64,000 bases of DNA from assembly GCA_963843845.1 (NCBI GenBank), contig CAWJMB010000002.1, positions 2,048,001 through 2,112,000 of the forward strand. The letters run 5' to 3'. The position numbers and the translations under genes were made by a program. Within the stretch, counting starts at the first letter, position 1; every line of letters starts with the position of its first letter. The notes under the pieces are model-generated. The model worked only from the letters and a program-made list of their open reading frames with translations, ran no database searches and was not told the origin of the DNA. Positions 1-12,817 of this stretch are shown one piece after another. The stretch is from an uncultured Gemmatimonadaceae bacterium (GTDB taxonomy: Bacteria > Gemmatimonadota > Gemmatimonadetes > Gemmatimonadales > Gemmatimonadaceae).

Positions 1-1871
1 GCTTCCTTGTTGAGCTTCGGTTCCGCATCGTCGCCGGCGAACTCCCAGGCGGCGACGTACGCGAAGTTGTCGTCGTCGCGCAGCGCCTCGCCGTCTTCCG
101 TCTGGAACTCTTCCCGGAAGTGGCCGCCGCACGATTCCTCGCGGTGCAACGCGTCGCGGCACATCAGTTCGCCGAGCTCGAGGAAGTCGGCGACCCGAAG
201 GCCATGCTCCAGCGTCTGATTGAGCGTCGTGTTCGTGCCCGGAATCTTCACGTCGCTCCAGAACTCTTCCCGTAGCGCGGGGATCAGCCGCAACGCCTCC
301 GTCAGCCCCTCGCGGTTGCGCGCCATCCCGCACTTCTCCCACATGATGTTACCGAGCTCGCGATGAAACGACGCGACCGAGCGCTTCCCCCTGATCGACA
401 GCAGTCGGTCGACTCGGCCCACCGCGTCGGCGACCGCAGCCCGCACCTCGGGCGCGTCGTTCGTGACGACGTCGAACTTCGTCGAACCGAAGTAGTTGCC
501 GATCGTGTTGGGCAGGATGAAGTAGCCGTCCGAAAGTCCCTGCATCAGCGCGCTGGCGCCGAGGCGGTTCGCGCCGTGATCGGAGAAGTTCGCCTCGCCA
601 CCGACGAACAACCCGGGGATCGTGCTCTGCAACTGGTAGTCGACCCACAGCCCGCCCATCGTGTAATGCACGGCCGGGTAGATGCGCATCGGCACCTGGT
701 ACGGATCTTCGTCCGTGATGCGCTGATACATCTCGAACAGATTGCCGTACCGCTCCTCGATCTTCTTCCGGCCGAGGCGCTGAATCGCGTCGCGGAAGTC
801 GAGATACACGCCGCGCCCACCCTCCCCGACGCCGCGGCCCTCGTCACACACCTGCTTCGCGGCCCGCGACGCGATGTCGCGCGGAGAGAGGTTGCCGAAG
901 CTCGGATACTTCCGCTCGAGGTAGTAGTCGCGCGCGTCGTCCGGAATGTCGCCCGGCCGCTTTCCGCAGTCCTCGGCGCGCTTGGGCACCCAGACGCGGC
1001 CGTCATTCCGCAGCGACTCGGACATCAGGGTGAGCTTCGACTGATAGTCGCCGTGAACGGGAATACACGTCGGGTGGATCTGCGTGTAGCACGGATTGCC
1101 GAACGCCGCGCCCTTCCGGTACGCGCGCCAGATCGCCGTCGTGTTGCACCCTTTCGCGTTCGTCGAGAGGTAGAACACATTGCCGTAGCCGCCCGTCGCG
1201 AGGATGACGGCGTCGGCCGTGTAGGCGCGCACCTCGCCGGTCATCTGATCGCGGACGACGACGCCCCGGGCTCGGCCGTCGACGACGATGAGATCGATCA
1301 TGTCGGTGCGGGGGACCATGTTCACGCCCCCCTTCGCGATCTCCTTCTCGAGCGCCTGGTAGCAGCCTAGCAGCAGTTGCTGCCCCGTCTGGCCGCGCGC
1401 GTAGAACGTGCGCGAGACCTGCGCGCCGCCGAACGAGCGATTGTCGAGGAGCCCGCTGTACTCGCGGGCGAACGGCACGCCCTGCGCGACCGCCTGGTCG
1501 ATGATGTGCACCGAGTTCTGCGCGAGGCGGTACACGTTCGCTTCGCGCGCGCGGAAGTCGCCGCCCTTGATCGTGTCGTAGAACAGGCGGAAGACCGAGT
1601 CGCCGTCGTTGTGATAATTCTTCGCCGCGTTGATCCCGCCCTGCGCGGCGATGGAGTGCGCGCGGCGCGGCGAATCCTGGTAGCAGAAGCAGGTGACGTT
1701 GTAGCCGAGCTCACTGAGCGACGCCGCGGCGGCACCGCCGGCGAGGCCGGAGCCGACGACGATGACGTGGTATTTCCGCTTGTTCGCCGGGTTGACGAGC
1801 TTCATGTCGAAGCGCGCCTTCTCCCATTTCAGCTCGATCGGTCCGTCGGGGACGCGTGCGTTCAGTTCCAT
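1..1871 (-). CDS. sdhA: Succinate dehydrogenase/fumarate reductase flavoprotein subunit (3' end outside window)
   Basis: Manual translation: [46 protein letters not shown] (FAD-binding motif), [24 protein letters not shown]. Open to the window edge, so absent from the ORF track. Alternative in-frame ATG at 1877. Confidence 0.95.
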   Translation of the reverse strand, partial: MELNARVPDGPIELKWEKARFDMKLVNPANKRKYHVIVVGSGLAGGAAAASLSELGYNVTCFCYQDSPRRAHSIAAQGGINAAKNYHNDGDSVFRLFYDTIKGGDFRAREANVYRLAQNSVHIIDQAVAQGVPFAREYSGLLDNRSFGGAQVSRTFYARGQTGQQLLLGCYQALEKEIAKGGVNMVPRTDMIDLIVVDGRARGVVVRDQMTGEVRAYTADAVILATGGYGNVFYLSTNAKGCNTTAIWRAYRKGAAFGNPCYTQIHPTCIPVHGDYQSKLTLMSESLRNDGRVWVPKRAEDCGKRPGDIPDDARDYYLERKYPSFGNLSPRDIASRAAKQVCDEGRGVGEGGRGVYLDFRDAIQRLGRKKIEERYGNLFEMYQRITDEDPYQVPMRIYPAVHYTMGGLWVDYQLQSTIPGLFVGGEANFSDHGANRLGASALMQGLSDGYFILPNTIGNYFGSTKFDVVTNDAPEVRAAVADAVGRVDRLLSIRGKRSVASFHRELGNIMWEKCGMARNREGLTEALRLIPALREEFWSDVKIPGTNTTLNQTLEHGLRVADFLELGELMCRDALHREESCGGHFREEFQTEDGEALRDDDNFAYVAAWEFAGDDAEPKLNKE

Positions 1872-1884
1872 GACCATGACGGCG

Positions 1885-2649
1885 TTAGCGCGGCAAGAGA
1901 GCGGCAGGCTGCACGGGCGCCGGGGCGAAGCGTGGCGCCTCGACTGTCATCGGCCCGTCGAGGACCGGCTGCGCGGCGCCGAGGAAGATGCCGACCGGGA
2001 CCGCCGTGAAGCCGGCCCAGATGACGACCGCGAGTACCAGCGCCGCCTTGCGGCGCAACGGGTGTCGCGAGCTCTTGTTCACGCCGAGCGTGCGGAACGC
2101 ACTCCAGAATCCGTGATAGAGATGCAGCCCCATGAACACCATCGCGACGACGTAGAAGGCGACCCAGAGCGGATTCTGGAATGCGTAGACCAGGTTCGAG
2201 TACACGTCGACGGCATTCGTCGCATCGATCGTGACGAAGCGGTCGTACCCGGGAAACGAGCGGGCCGTGAAGTGCAGGATGTGCAGCACCAGGAACACGA
2301 GCAGCAGGAATCCTCCGAAGCGCATCGTCTTCGACGCGAGCGTCGAGACCTGCGACTCGCGGGTCTTGTACGCCTGCGGTCGCGCGGCGCGCGCCTTCAC
2401 GGTGAGCTGCGTCGCCGCGACCACGTGGAGGACGACGGCGCCGATGAGGATGGCCCGCACGCCCCACAGCTCCAGTCCCACGGTGTGATGCAGGAAATGG
2501 CCGTAGGCGTTGATCTTCTCCGAGCCCTCGAAGACCTGGAGATTGCCGATCATGTGACCGATCACGAAGCCGACGCCGATCAACCCGGTGACGGCCATGA
2601 CGATCTTCTTGCCGATCTGCGATCGCCAGAACGCGCTCACGAGATTCAT
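1885..2649 (-). CDS. sdhC: Succinate dehydrogenase cytochrome b subunit
   Basis: [13 protein letters not shown]...HMIGNL, multiple TM helices with His ligands (LHLYHGFWS); directly upstream of sdhA. Confidence 0.92.
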   Translation of the reverse strand: MNLVSAFWRSQIGKKIVMAVTGLIGVGFVIGHMIGNLQVFEGSEKINAYGHFLHHTVGLELWGVRAILIGAVVLHVVAATQLTVKARAARPQAYKTRESQVSTLASKTMRFGGFLLLVFLVLHILHFTARSFPGYDRFVTIDATNAVDVYSNLVYAFQNPLWVAFYVVAMVFMGLHLYHGFWSAFRTLGVNKSSRHPLRRKAALVLAVVIWAGFTAVPVGIFLGAAQPVLDGPMTVEAPRFAPAPVQPAALLPR

Positions 2650-2653
2650 GAGT

Positions 2654-3583
2654 TCAGATGCTGATCTTGGACATCGGCTCGCGAACCGCCTCGGCGCTCT
2701 TCTCGAGTGCGGCACGCTCGTCGTCGGTCAGGTCGACCTCGATCACCTGCTGGAGGCCGCCCTTGCCGAGCTTGCACGGCACGCCGAGGAAGAGGTCGGA
2801 CATCCCGTACTCGCCCTGCAGCCACGCCGCGCACGGCAGGATGCGACGCTGGTCACGCACGATCGCTTCGACCATCTGCACCGCGCCGGCAGACGGGGCA
2901 TAATACGCCGAGCCGGTCTTCAAGTGCTTCACGATCTCGGCGCCGCCGTTCCGCGTACGGTCGACGATCGCGTCGAGCTTATCTTTCGCGAGCAGCTTCG
3001 TGACCGGAATGCCGCTCACCGTCGTGTAGGTGATGAGCGGAACCATCGTGTCTCCGTGTCCGCCCAACACCATCGCCTGGATGTCCCGCACGGAGACGTC
3101 CATCGCCTCGGCGAGGAAGGCGCGGTAGCGCGCCGTGTCGAGAACGCCCGCCATGCCGATGACACGCTCGCGCGGAAACCCCGTCACCTGTTTCGCGACG
3201 TGGCACATCACGTCGAGCGGGTTCGACACCACGATGACGATCGCGTTCGGGGACGTCGCCGCGATCTGCTCGCTGACGGACTTCACGATGCCCGCGTTCG
3301 TGTTCAGCAGATCGTCGCGCGACATGCCCGGCTTGCGCGCGATCCCGGCCGTGATGACGACGAGATCGGAGCCGGCCGTCTCTTCGTAGCCGTTCGTACC
3401 GACCACGCGCGAGTCGAACCCTTCGATCGGCGCCGACTGCCACTGATCGAGCCCCTTTCCCTGCGGAATCCCCTCCGCGACGTCGACCATCACGACGGTG
3501 CCGGCGAGCTCCTTCTCGGCGATACGCTGCGCGGTCGTGGCGCCGACGTTCCCAGCTCCGACGACCGTGATCTTGTTGACCAT
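2654..3583 (-). CDS. mdh: Malate dehydrogenase (LDH-like type)
   Basis: [32 protein letters not shown] motifs. Confidence 0.95.
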   Translation of the reverse strand: MVNKITVVGAGNVGATTAQRIAEKELAGTVVMVDVAEGIPQGKGLDQWQSAPIEGFDSRVVGTNGYEETAGSDLVVITAGIARKPGMSRDDLLNTNAGIVKSVSEQIAATSPNAIVIVVSNPLDVMCHVAKQVTGFPRERVIGMAGVLDTARYRAFLAEAMDVSVRDIQAMVLGGHGDTMVPLITYTTVSGIPVTKLLAKDKLDAIVDRTRNGGAEIVKHLKTGSAYYAPSAGAVQMVEAIVRDQRRILPCAAWLQGEYGMSDLFLGVPCKLGKGGLQQVIEVDLTDDERAALEKSAEAVREPMSKISI

Positions 3584-3667
3584 GTTCAGGCGCGTGACGC
3601 GCGGGTTCGAGTGAGCGGGCGTGCAGCCCGCGCAAGGTATTTGGCGTGCGTCGCCGTCGCCACCTGC

Positions 3668-4714
3668 CTAACCGCCGACCTGCGACAGCGCGCGTAACCC
3701 GCCGACGCGTCGCTGTAGCAGCGCGTGCTCGAGCGGTTTCGCGGCGAGCGCTTCGTGTACGAGCGGAGCCAGCGGCGCTCCGGCCCGGAGCGCGTCACGG
3801 AGCAACACTTCGTGATCGCCGTACAGACAGGTGCGCAGTCGCCCGTCGGCCGTGAGGCGCACGCGGTTGCAGGAGCCGCAGTACGTGTGCGTCATCGGCG
3901 TGATGACGCCGAGCGTCCCGGCCGCCCCTTGTAAACGGTAGTAGCGCGCCGGACCGTTCCCCGCTTTCGGGCCGGAGTGTGCGGCGAGCTCACGGCCGAG
4001 CCGGTCGCCGAGCGTAGAGAGACGATCGACGATCTCCTCGGTCGGGACCACGGACGCGAGCGCCGACCCGCCTTCGCGCTCGACGTTCTCGGCGAGCTCA
4101 CCCACCGGCATCAGCTCGATGAAGCGCACGTGCCACGGCTGGACGAGCGTCAGCCCCGCGAACGCCTCGAGCTCGTCGTCGTTCATGCCGCGGATGACGA
4201 CGACGTTCAACTTGACCGGGGTCAGCCCCGCTCGTTGTGCGGCGCTCGCCGCGCGGATCGGGTCGAAGTCCAGGTCCCGGCGCGCGAGGGCAGCGATGCG
4301 GTGCGGCTGGAGCGAGTCCACACTGATGTTCACCCGGTCGACGCCTGCCTCGCGCAGGCGCGTGGCCAGCGCGTCATCCTGGCAGAGCCGCACCCCGTTG
4401 GTGGACAGCGCGAGATCGTCGACTTCCGGCACCGCGCGGATGAGCCGGACGATGCGCTCGAGGTCAGGACGAATCGTCGGCTCGCCGCCCGTGAGCCGGA
4501 TGCGGCGGAGGCCAAGTGGGGCGAGCTGGCGAACGATCTCCCCGATCTCGTCGGGCGTCAGCAGCTCGCCCCGCGGAATCCAGGGGAGCCCCGCGGCGGG
4601 CATGCAGTACACGCAGCGGAAGTTGCACCGGTCGGTGACCGAGATGCGCAGATACTCGATGCGGCGACCGAACTGGTCGTGCAGCGACGGCGTAGGCGTT
4701 GCCGAGTCGATCAC
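3668..4714 (-). CDS. moaA: GTP 3',8-cyclase MoaA (radical SAM)
   Basis: LRISVTDRCNFRCVYC, CGSCNRVRLTADG...CL, C-terminal QVGG. GTG start overlaps moaE stop. Confidence 0.95.
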   Translation of the reverse strand: MIDSATPTPSLHDQFGRRIEYLRISVTDRCNFRCVYCMPAAGLPWIPRGELLTPDEIGEIVRQLAPLGLRRIRLTGGEPTIRPDLERIVRLIRAVPEVDDLALSTNGVRLCQDDALATRLREAGVDRVNISVDSLQPHRIAALARRDLDFDPIRAASAAQRAGLTPVKLNVVVIRGMNDDELEAFAGLTLVQPWHVRFIELMPVGELAENVEREGGSALASVVPTEEIVDRLSTLGDRLGRELAAHSGPKAGNGPARYYRLQGAAGTLGVITPMTHTYCGSCNRVRLTADGRLRTCLYGDHEVLLRDALRAGAPLAPLVHEALAAKPLEHALLQRRVGGLRALSQVGG

Positions 4715-5202
4715 GGTGTCGCGCCGGTCGAAGCCGCCTGTCGCGTGGGATCGACCCACTCGATCGTCCCGTCGGCGAAGTGCTCGCGCTTCCAGATCGG
4801 CACGCGGCCCTTCAGCAACTCGATGGCGTCCGCACACGCGGCGATCGCCTCCGCTCGGTGGGCGTGGCTCGCCGCGATCACCACGCTCGCCTCGCCCACG
4901 CGCAACGTGCCCAGCCGGTGCGCGATAGCGAGGCGGGTTCCTGCGTGTCGCGCCTGCACCTCGGCGGCGACGGCCGCCATCTCGCGCGCCGCCATCGCCT
5001 CGTACGCCTCGTAATCGATCCGATCGACGCGCCGCCCACCGTGCACGTCGCGAACGGTGCCGACGAACAGCGACGTCGCGCCGGCGCCCTCGTGCGCGAT
5101 CATCGCGGCAACGGCCGCCACGTCGAGTGGCTCGTGAACGAGCGTCACCGCCGTCGGCGGGAACACCGCGGCGGTCGCAGCGGGATCGGAGGAGCGGATC
5201 AT
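4711..5202 (-). CDS. moaE: Molybdopterin synthase catalytic subunit
   Basis: GATSLFVGTVR, HRLGTL, LKGRVPIWKRE. Confidence 0.93.
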   Translation of the reverse strand: MIRSSDPAATAAVFPPTAVTLVHEPLDVAAVAAMIAHEGAGATSLFVGTVRDVHGGRRVDRIDYEAYEAMAAREMAAVAAEVQARHAGTRLAIAHRLGTLRVGEASVVIAASHAHRAEAIAACADAIELLKGRVPIWKREHFADGTIEWVDPTRQAASTGATP

Positions 5203-5218
5203 CGACGACGTGACGCCG

Positions 5219-5455
5219 TCACCCGCCGGCGACCGGCGGAATCAGCGCGATCTCGTCGCCAGCGGCGAGAACTCGATGGGGCGGTGCGTACGTCAGATTG
5301 ACCGCCACGAGGGGGTCTGGCGGGAGAGACCTGGCCGCAGGAATGGCGCGCACCGCGGCGACGAGCTCGGCGACGGTGGCACCGCCGTGGAGTGGCACGT
5401 CGATCGACGGAGCGCCGAAAGCGTCTGCATACGAGGCGAACAGGAGCACGCGCAT
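5219..5455 (-). CDS. moaD: Molybdopterin synthase sulfur carrier subunit
   Basis: MRVLLFAS...VAVN...IPPVAGG with C-terminal GG. Confidence 0.92.
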   Translation of the reverse strand: MRVLLFASYADAFGAPSIDVPLHGGATVAELVAAVRAIPAARSLPPDPLVAVNLTYAPPHRVLAAGDEIALIPPVAGG

Positions 5456-5506
5456 GTCGGACAATCTAACCCGTGCGGTCGCGCAGAACGGCACCACGGA
5501 AACGAT

Positions 5507-5537
5507 GCGGCCCCCGCGCGATGTGCGCGGGGGCCGC
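5507..5537 (-). terminator. Hairpin, probable intrinsic terminator after the HU gene
   Basis: 13-bp inverted repeat gcggcccccgcgc / gcgcgggggccgc followed on the minus strand by ATCGTTT. Confidence 0.6.
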
Positions 5538-5558
5538 TGGAGTCCGAAACCGGGGCCG

Positions 5559-5891
5559 TCAGTCCATCATCTCCGCTTCCGTGATCTCACTCACGTCGAC
5601 GCCCGCCACGAGCGCACGCAGTTCCTTGGATGGCTTGAACACTGGCACCGGACGCGCCGACACCTCGACCGGGGAGCCCGTACGAGGATTGCGCGCCATC
5701 CGCGTCTTGCGCTGACGGATCTTGAACGTGCCGAATCCGCGGACCTCGATGTTTCGCTGGTCGTGGAGCGCGTCCTTGATCGCGTCGAGAAACGAATCGA
5801 CGACGCGGGCGCAGTCTTTCTTCGAAATGGTCGGGCCCGCCGTTTGAGCAATCGTCGCGGTCACGCGCTCGACCAGGTCTGCTTTGGTCAT
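5559..5891 (-). CDS. HU/IHF family DNA-binding protein
   Basis: MTKADLV, IEVRGFGTF, ARNPRTG, PVFKPSKEL. Confidence 0.93.
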   Translation of the reverse strand: MTKADLVERVTATIAQTAGPTISKKDCARVVDSFLDAIKDALHDQRNIEVRGFGTFKIRQRKTRMARNPRTGSPVEVSARPVPVFKPSKELRALVAGVDVSEITEAEMMD

Positions 5892-5949
5892 CAGTGAGTC
5901 TCGAAGCAGGCGCTTGCCACCCGGCGGGTCGGGCCCGCTCGAAGCAGCG

Positions 5950-5978
5950 AAGGTAGGACGTTAGTCGTTGTGTGTCAA
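5950..5978 (-). promoter_or_regulatory. Sigma70-type promoter of the HU/IHF gene
   Basis: TTGACA (5978-5973), 17 bp spacer, TACCTT (5955-5950). Confidence 0.65.
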
Positions 5979-6022
5979 GAAGTTGGCCCACCTCGACCGG
6001 TCGCGCCCGCCGGTCGGAATCG

Positions 6023-7138
6023 TTAGGCGCGGCGGTCGCGAACGCTCGCCATGAAGCGGTCGAACAGTGGAACCGCGTCGTGCGGACCGGGGGCCGCTTC
6101 GGGGTGGTACTGCACGCCGAATACGGGGAGCTCGCGATGCGCGAGTCCCTCGATCGTGCCGTCGTTCAGGTTCACGTGCGTCACCTCGAGCGCTGGCGCG
6201 TCGGTGACTTCCTCGCGCGTGCCGGCGACCGCGAAGCCGTGATTCTGCGACGTGATGAGCACCTGCCCCGACTCGACGTCGAGCACGGGATGATTTCCAC
6301 CCCGGTGCCCGTACGGCATCTTGACCGTGTGACCGCCGAACGTCAGCCCGAGCAGTTGGTGGCCCAGGCAGATCCCGAACGTGGGCACTCCGGCGTCGGC
6401 GATGCGCCGAATGTTCTCCGGCGCGTAGGTCACGGCCGCCGGATCGCCCGGCCCGTTCGACAGAAACACGCCGTCCGGCCGCTGGGCGAGCACCTCGTCC
6501 GCCGGGGTATCGGACGGCACCACGGTCACGACGCAGTCGTGCGCTTCGAACAGGCGCAGGATGTTGCGCTTGATGCCGAAGTCGTAGGCGATGATCCGAT
6601 GCGGAGCCGACGGGTCGCCCCACGTATACGTGTGCTTCGTCGACACCCGGCTCGCGAGGTCGAGACCCTCCATCGGGGGGCACGCGTCGAGCGCCGCGAG
6701 CGCCTCCGCCGACGGCGTCTCGCCCACCCCAATGACCCCTCGCATGACGCCCGCCGAGCGCAGGTGCCGCGTCAACCGTCGGGTATCGACTTCGGTCAGC
6801 ACCGGAATCGACGCGTCAGCGAGCCACGCCCTGAGCCCACCGCTCGCGCGCCAGTTCGAGAATGTCGGCGACAGTTCGCGCACGATCACGCCGGCGATAT
6901 GGGGCGCTGGCGACTCGGGGTCCTCGGCGTTGACGCCGTAGTTCCCGATCATCGGCGCCGTCATCACGACGATCTGCCCCTCGTACGAGGGATCGGTGAA
7001 CACCTCCTGGTACCCGGTCATGTTCGTCGTGAACACGACCTCGGCCACCGTCGGCGCGTCCGAGCCGAGGAGCTCGCCTGCGAAAAGGGTTCCGTCCTCG
7101 AGGAGGAGGAACCCTGGCGTGCTATCGAAGACTGCCAC
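6023..7138 (-). CDS. carA: Carbamoyl-phosphate synthase small subunit
   Basis: LLLEDG, EVVFTTNMTGYQE, LSNGPGDP, GICLGHQ, QYHPEAAPGPHD. GTG start chosen. Confidence 0.95.
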   Translation of the reverse strand: MAVFDSTPGFLLLEDGTLFAGELLGSDAPTVAEVVFTTNMTGYQEVFTDPSYEGQIVVMTAPMIGNYGVNAEDPESPAPHIAGVIVRELSPTFSNWRASGGLRAWLADASIPVLTEVDTRRLTRHLRSAGVMRGVIGVGETPSAEALAALDACPPMEGLDLASRVSTKHTYTWGDPSAPHRIIAYDFGIKRNILRLFEAHDCVVTVVPSDTPADEVLAQRPDGVFLSNGPGDPAAVTYAPENIRRIADAGVPTFGICLGHQLLGLTFGGHTVKMPYGHRGGNHPVLDVESGQVLITSQNHGFAVAGTREEVTDAPALEVTHVNLNDGTIEGLAHRELPVFGVQYHPEAAPGPHDAVPLFDRFMASVRDRRA

Positions 7139-7149
7139 GGAGACGCCGG

Positions 7150-7545
7150 TCAGGGCGTCTTCGTGCCGCCGGCCGCTCCGGCTGGCGCGGCCGGCACGGG
7201 GGTCGGCGACAGCGGAACCGCCGGTGCAGCGGCTCCCGGAGCGGCGACGGGTGCCGCAGGCTGCGCTGCAGGCTGGACGGCCTGATCGAGAACCGAGCGG
7301 GGCGTGCGAGTGCGGCCACCGGCGAGCTGCAGGATGAACGCGAGGGCGAGGAAGACGCCGCCCGCCCACCAGCTCGTGCGCGTCAACAGATTTCCTGCCT
7401 GCCGGCTGCCGATCAGCGCGTCGGCGGTCGACGACGCGCCACCGAAGTTGGCGGCGAGCCCGCTCCCCTTCCCCGCTTGCAGGAGGATCGCCCCGACGAG
7501 CACGAAGCAGTCGAGAATCAGCAGAACGAGCAGGAACGTGTACAT
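7150..7545 (-). CDS. secG: Preprotein translocase subunit SecG
   Basis: ILLQAGKGSGLAANFGG, LTRTS, two TM helices; follows tpiA as is usual. Confidence 0.9.
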   Translation of the reverse strand: MYTFLLVLLILDCFVLVGAILLQAGKGSGLAANFGGASSTADALIGSRQAGNLLTRTSWWAGGVFLALAFILQLAGGRTRTPRSVLDQAVQPAAQPAAPVAAPGAAAPAVPLSPTPVPAAPAGAAGGTKTP

Positions 7546-7634
7546 CGAACGGGGCTGGAGGAGACGCGGCCTAGCGCACGCAAGCCCTGAATATGTCGAG
7601 AGTTAGCCGCTCGGGTCAAGCCGGCGAGGCGTAC

Positions 7635-8384
7635 TCAGTCCTGGCAGATCGCGGCCCAGTTGCCGGCGTCCAGACTCGCGCCGCCGACGAGCAGCCCATC
7701 GACGTTCGGTGCGGCGAGGAGCAACTTCGCGTTCCCGCGGTTGACACTGCCGCCGTACAGAATCGGCACGACCGCCGCCCGCTCGCCGACACGCGCGCGC
7801 AGCGCGGCACGGATCGCGCCGTGCACGGCCGACGCATCGTCGGGCGTTGCGGTGCGACCGGTGCCGATCGCCCAGACCGGCTCGTACGCGATCAGCATGC
7901 TGGTCACGTGCGCTGTCTCGAGCTTCTCGATCCCGGCCGCGAGTTGGCGGAGCACCACCTGCTCGGTCAGCCCGGCTTCTCGCTCGTCGAGCGTCTCCCC
8001 CACGCAGAGCATCGGCGTCAGACCGGCCTTCACGACCAGATCGCACTTGAGGCTCGTCTGCGCATCGGTCTCGCCGAACACGTGACGTCGTTCGGAGTGA
8101 CCCACGAGAACGAGACGCGCCCCCGCATCGCGCGCCATCGCCGCCGAGATCTCACCGGTGAACGCTCCCGAGGGCTCGTGATGGACATTCTGCACGCCGA
8201 TGACGAACTCCGACCGATCTTCCAACGCCTCACGAAGGGCCGCGACGGTGATCGACGGCGGGAAGAAAGCGACCGTGCGATCGGTGTCGCGCGGGAAGTG
8301 GGCGAGGAACGACCGAACGAACGCCCGCGCGTCCGTGGGGCCGTGATTCATCTTCCAGTTCGCGGCGAAGATCGGCTTCAGCAT
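7635..8384 (-). CDS. tpiA: Triosephosphate isomerase
   Basis: AANWKMN, GHSERR, IAYEPVWAIGTG, LYGGSV, LVGGASL. Confidence 0.96.
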   Translation of the reverse strand: MLKPIFAANWKMNHGPTDARAFVRSFLAHFPRDTDRTVAFFPPSITVAALREALEDRSEFVIGVQNVHHEPSGAFTGEISAAMARDAGARLVLVGHSERRHVFGETDAQTSLKCDLVVKAGLTPMLCVGETLDEREAGLTEQVVLRQLAAGIEKLETAHVTSMLIAYEPVWAIGTGRTATPDDASAVHGAIRAALRARVGERAAVVPILYGGSVNRGNAKLLLAAPNVDGLLVGGASLDAGNWAAICQD

Positions 8385-9586
8385 CAGTTCCCCCCCGTGT
8401 CGAGCGCCGCGACGCCGGGGAGCGGCTTCCCCTCGAGGAACTCGAGCGACGCGCCGCCGCCGGTCGACACGTGCGTCACTGCGTGCGTCAGGCCCGCATC
8501 GGAGATCGCCGCCGCGGAGTCCCCGCCACCGACGATGGTCGTCGCGCCGTGCGCCGTGGCGTCGGCGAGTGCCTTCGCGACGCCCAGCGTGCCGGCATCG
8601 AACGGCGGGGTCTCGAACACACCCATCGGTCCGTTCCACAGCACCGTCCCCGCCTGGCGAACGAGCTCGCCGAACCGTGCGATGGTTCGTGGCCCGACGT
8701 CGTACATCGCCTGGTCCTTCGGAATCGCATCGCGGGCGACGGTCTGCGTGCTCGCGTCGCTCGCGAGCGTCCGCGCGACGACGGCGTCGATCGGCAGCAC
8801 GATCTTGTCACCGGCCTTCGCGACGAGGTCGCGCGCGAGGTCGACGCGGTCGGGCTCGACTAGCGACGTGCCGGTCTCGAGCCCCATCGCCCGGAAGAAC
8901 GTGTTCGCCATCGCCCCGCCGATCAGCATGCGGTCGACCTTCGGCAGTAGCGAGTCGATGACGTCGAGCTTTCCGGAGATCTTCGCGCCGCCGAGGATCG
9001 CGACGAACGGCCGCTTCGGTTCCGTGAGTGCGTCGCCGAGGTAGCCGAGCTCCTTCTCCATCAACAGCCCGGCGACGGCCGGTCGCAGATGATGCGCGAC
9101 GCCCTCTGTCGACGCGTGGGCACGGTGCGCCGCGCCGAACGCGTCGTTCACGTAGAAGTCGCCGAGCTGTGCGAGCTGGCGCGCGAGCCGCTCGTCGTTC
9201 GCTTCCTCCCCGGGGAGGAAGCGCGTGTTCTCGAGCAGCAGGACCTGACCCGGCTCGAGGCGCTGCGTGCACTGAACCGCCTCGTCGGTGTCCGTCGACT
9301 CGCAGAAGTCGACCTGCGTGTCTGGCATCAGCGCCGCGAGTCGGATCGCGACAGCTTGCAACGAGTACTTCGCGTCTGGCGCCCCCTTCGGCCGTCCCAG
9401 GTGCGCGAGCAAGACGACACGCGCCCCGCGATCGAGCAGCGCGCGGAGCGTGGGGATGGCGGCGGTGATCCGAGTGTCGTCGCCCACCTTGCCGTCGTCG
9501 AGCGGCACGTTGAAATCGACGCGGACGAGCGCGCGTCTTCCGCGAACCGTGTCGTCCGAAAGCCCGCGAATCGTCTGGACAGCCAT
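8384..9586 (-). CDS. pgk: Phosphoglycerate kinase
   Basis: RVDFNVP, HLGRP, WNGPMGVFE, HVSTGGGASLE. Confidence 0.97.
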   Translation of the reverse strand: MAVQTIRGLSDDTVRGRRALVRVDFNVPLDDGKVGDDTRITAAIPTLRALLDRGARVVLLAHLGRPKGAPDAKYSLQAVAIRLAALMPDTQVDFCESTDTDEAVQCTQRLEPGQVLLLENTRFLPGEEANDERLARQLAQLGDFYVNDAFGAAHRAHASTEGVAHHLRPAVAGLLMEKELGYLGDALTEPKRPFVAILGGAKISGKLDVIDSLLPKVDRMLIGGAMANTFFRAMGLETGTSLVEPDRVDLARDLVAKAGDKIVLPIDAVVARTLASDASTQTVARDAIPKDQAMYDVGPRTIARFGELVRQAGTVLWNGPMGVFETPPFDAGTLGVAKALADATAHGATTIVGGGDSAAAISDAGLTHAVTHVSTGGGASLEFLEGKPLPGVAALDTGGN

Positions 9587-9589
9587 GCG

Positions 9590-11491
<1,902 letters not shown>

Positions 11492-11495
<4 letters not shown>

Positions 11496-12325
11496 GCACC
11501 CATCCACGGGGGCCGACCGCCGACCGCGTCCCACATCGCGTCGCGCGACGCGGTGACGCCGAACCACTGTTCGAACGCGAGCGCCGCCTGCTCCACCAGC
11601 ATCGGCAACCCGTCGGACGCGGCGTGCCCGCGAGCGCGCGCCTCGCGAACCCAGCGAGTCTCCCCGCGGCGATACACGAGGTCGACGACCGCGGCCTCAT
11701 CGTCGAGCCGGTCGACCGGCGCCGGGAGCGGATCGCCGTGCGCGAGCCCGAGCGGCGTCGCGTTGACCACGAGCGTGGCACCGCGAAGCGCCGCCGCCAG
11801 CGTCGGCGCGACGGATGCGCGCGGGAAGCGCGCGGCGAGCGTCGCGGCCCGCTCCAGGGAACGGCTCCAGACACGGGCGCGCGCATCCGGGTGCCGCTCG
11901 AGCGCGGCGAGCACGGCGCCGGCGGCCCCCCCGGCGCCGATCAGGGCGACGGCGTCGGGCACGTTGGCCACCAGCGCGCGCACGCTCACGTCGAACCCAC
12001 CGACGTCCGTGTTGTCGCCGACGAGTGCGCCGTCCTCGACCCAGAACGTGTTGACGGCGCCTGCCCGCTCGGCGATGCGTGTCCGCCGCGAGCAGTGGGC
12101 CGCGACGCGCGCCTTGTGGGGCCGCGTGACGTTGCCCGCCGCGCCCTGCGCGACGAGCAGGGCGAGCGTGGCATCGAGATCGGAGGGCGCGACGTCGAGC
12201 GCTTCATATGTCAGCACGATGCCCGCTGCGTCGAGCGCCGCGGCGTGTAGGGCCGGCGACAGCGTATGGCCTAACGGGTGGCCGAGGAGCACGAGCCGGC
12301 GCGACCGCTCCCGCGACGCACTCAC
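11492..12325 (-). CDS. aroE: Shikimate dehydrogenase
   Basis: GHPLGHTLSP, NVTRPHK, GAVNT, GDNTD, GAGGAA, NATPLG, DGLPMLVEQA. Confidence 0.92.
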
Positions 12326-12804
12326 CGCTCGCGCGCGTGCCCCGGCGGCGTACCGCGCGGCAGGACGCGATCCAGCGCCCGACGGATCTCGCGATCCAGT
12401 TGCGCGAACGTCGCTCGATACTGCTCCAGGTCGCCACCGAACGGATCGGCGACACCGGAAGCGCTGCCGTCGCCCGCCGCGAACGCCGTCAGCAGATGGC
12501 TCTTCCCCGCCCCTCCGAGCTCCACGACGCGCGCGAGATGCTGCGGCGACATCGTGAGCACGACGTCGGCTTCGGCGACGGCGTCCGGCGTCAGCAACCG
12601 GGCGCGATGCAGTCCGAGATCGAGTCCGTTCTCCATGCCGACGAGGAGCGCCCCGTCGGACGCGGCGGCGCCGTCGTAGGCCCCGGTTCCGGCGCTCGTC
12701 ACCGTGACGTCGGTCAGCCCGCGATCGAGCGAGGCGCGCCGCGCGATCGCTTCGGCCATCGGGCTGCGACACGTATTGCCGGTACAGACGAAGAGGATGT
12801 GCAT
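12322..12804 (-). CDS. Low-molecular-weight protein phosphatase, YwlE-like (putative arginine phosphatase)
   Basis: P-loop CTGNTCRS and DPFGG; adjacent to a Sua5/YwlC gene. Confidence 0.85.
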   Translation of the reverse strand: MHILFVCTGNTCRSPMAEAIARRASLDRGLTDVTVTSAGTGAYDGAAASDGALLVGMENGLDLGLHRARLLTPDAVAEADVVLTMSPQHLARVVELGGAGKSHLLTAFAAGDGSASGVADPFGGDLEQYRATFAQLDREIRRALDRVLPRGTPPGHARER

Positions 12805-12817
12805 CGATCGGATGGGT

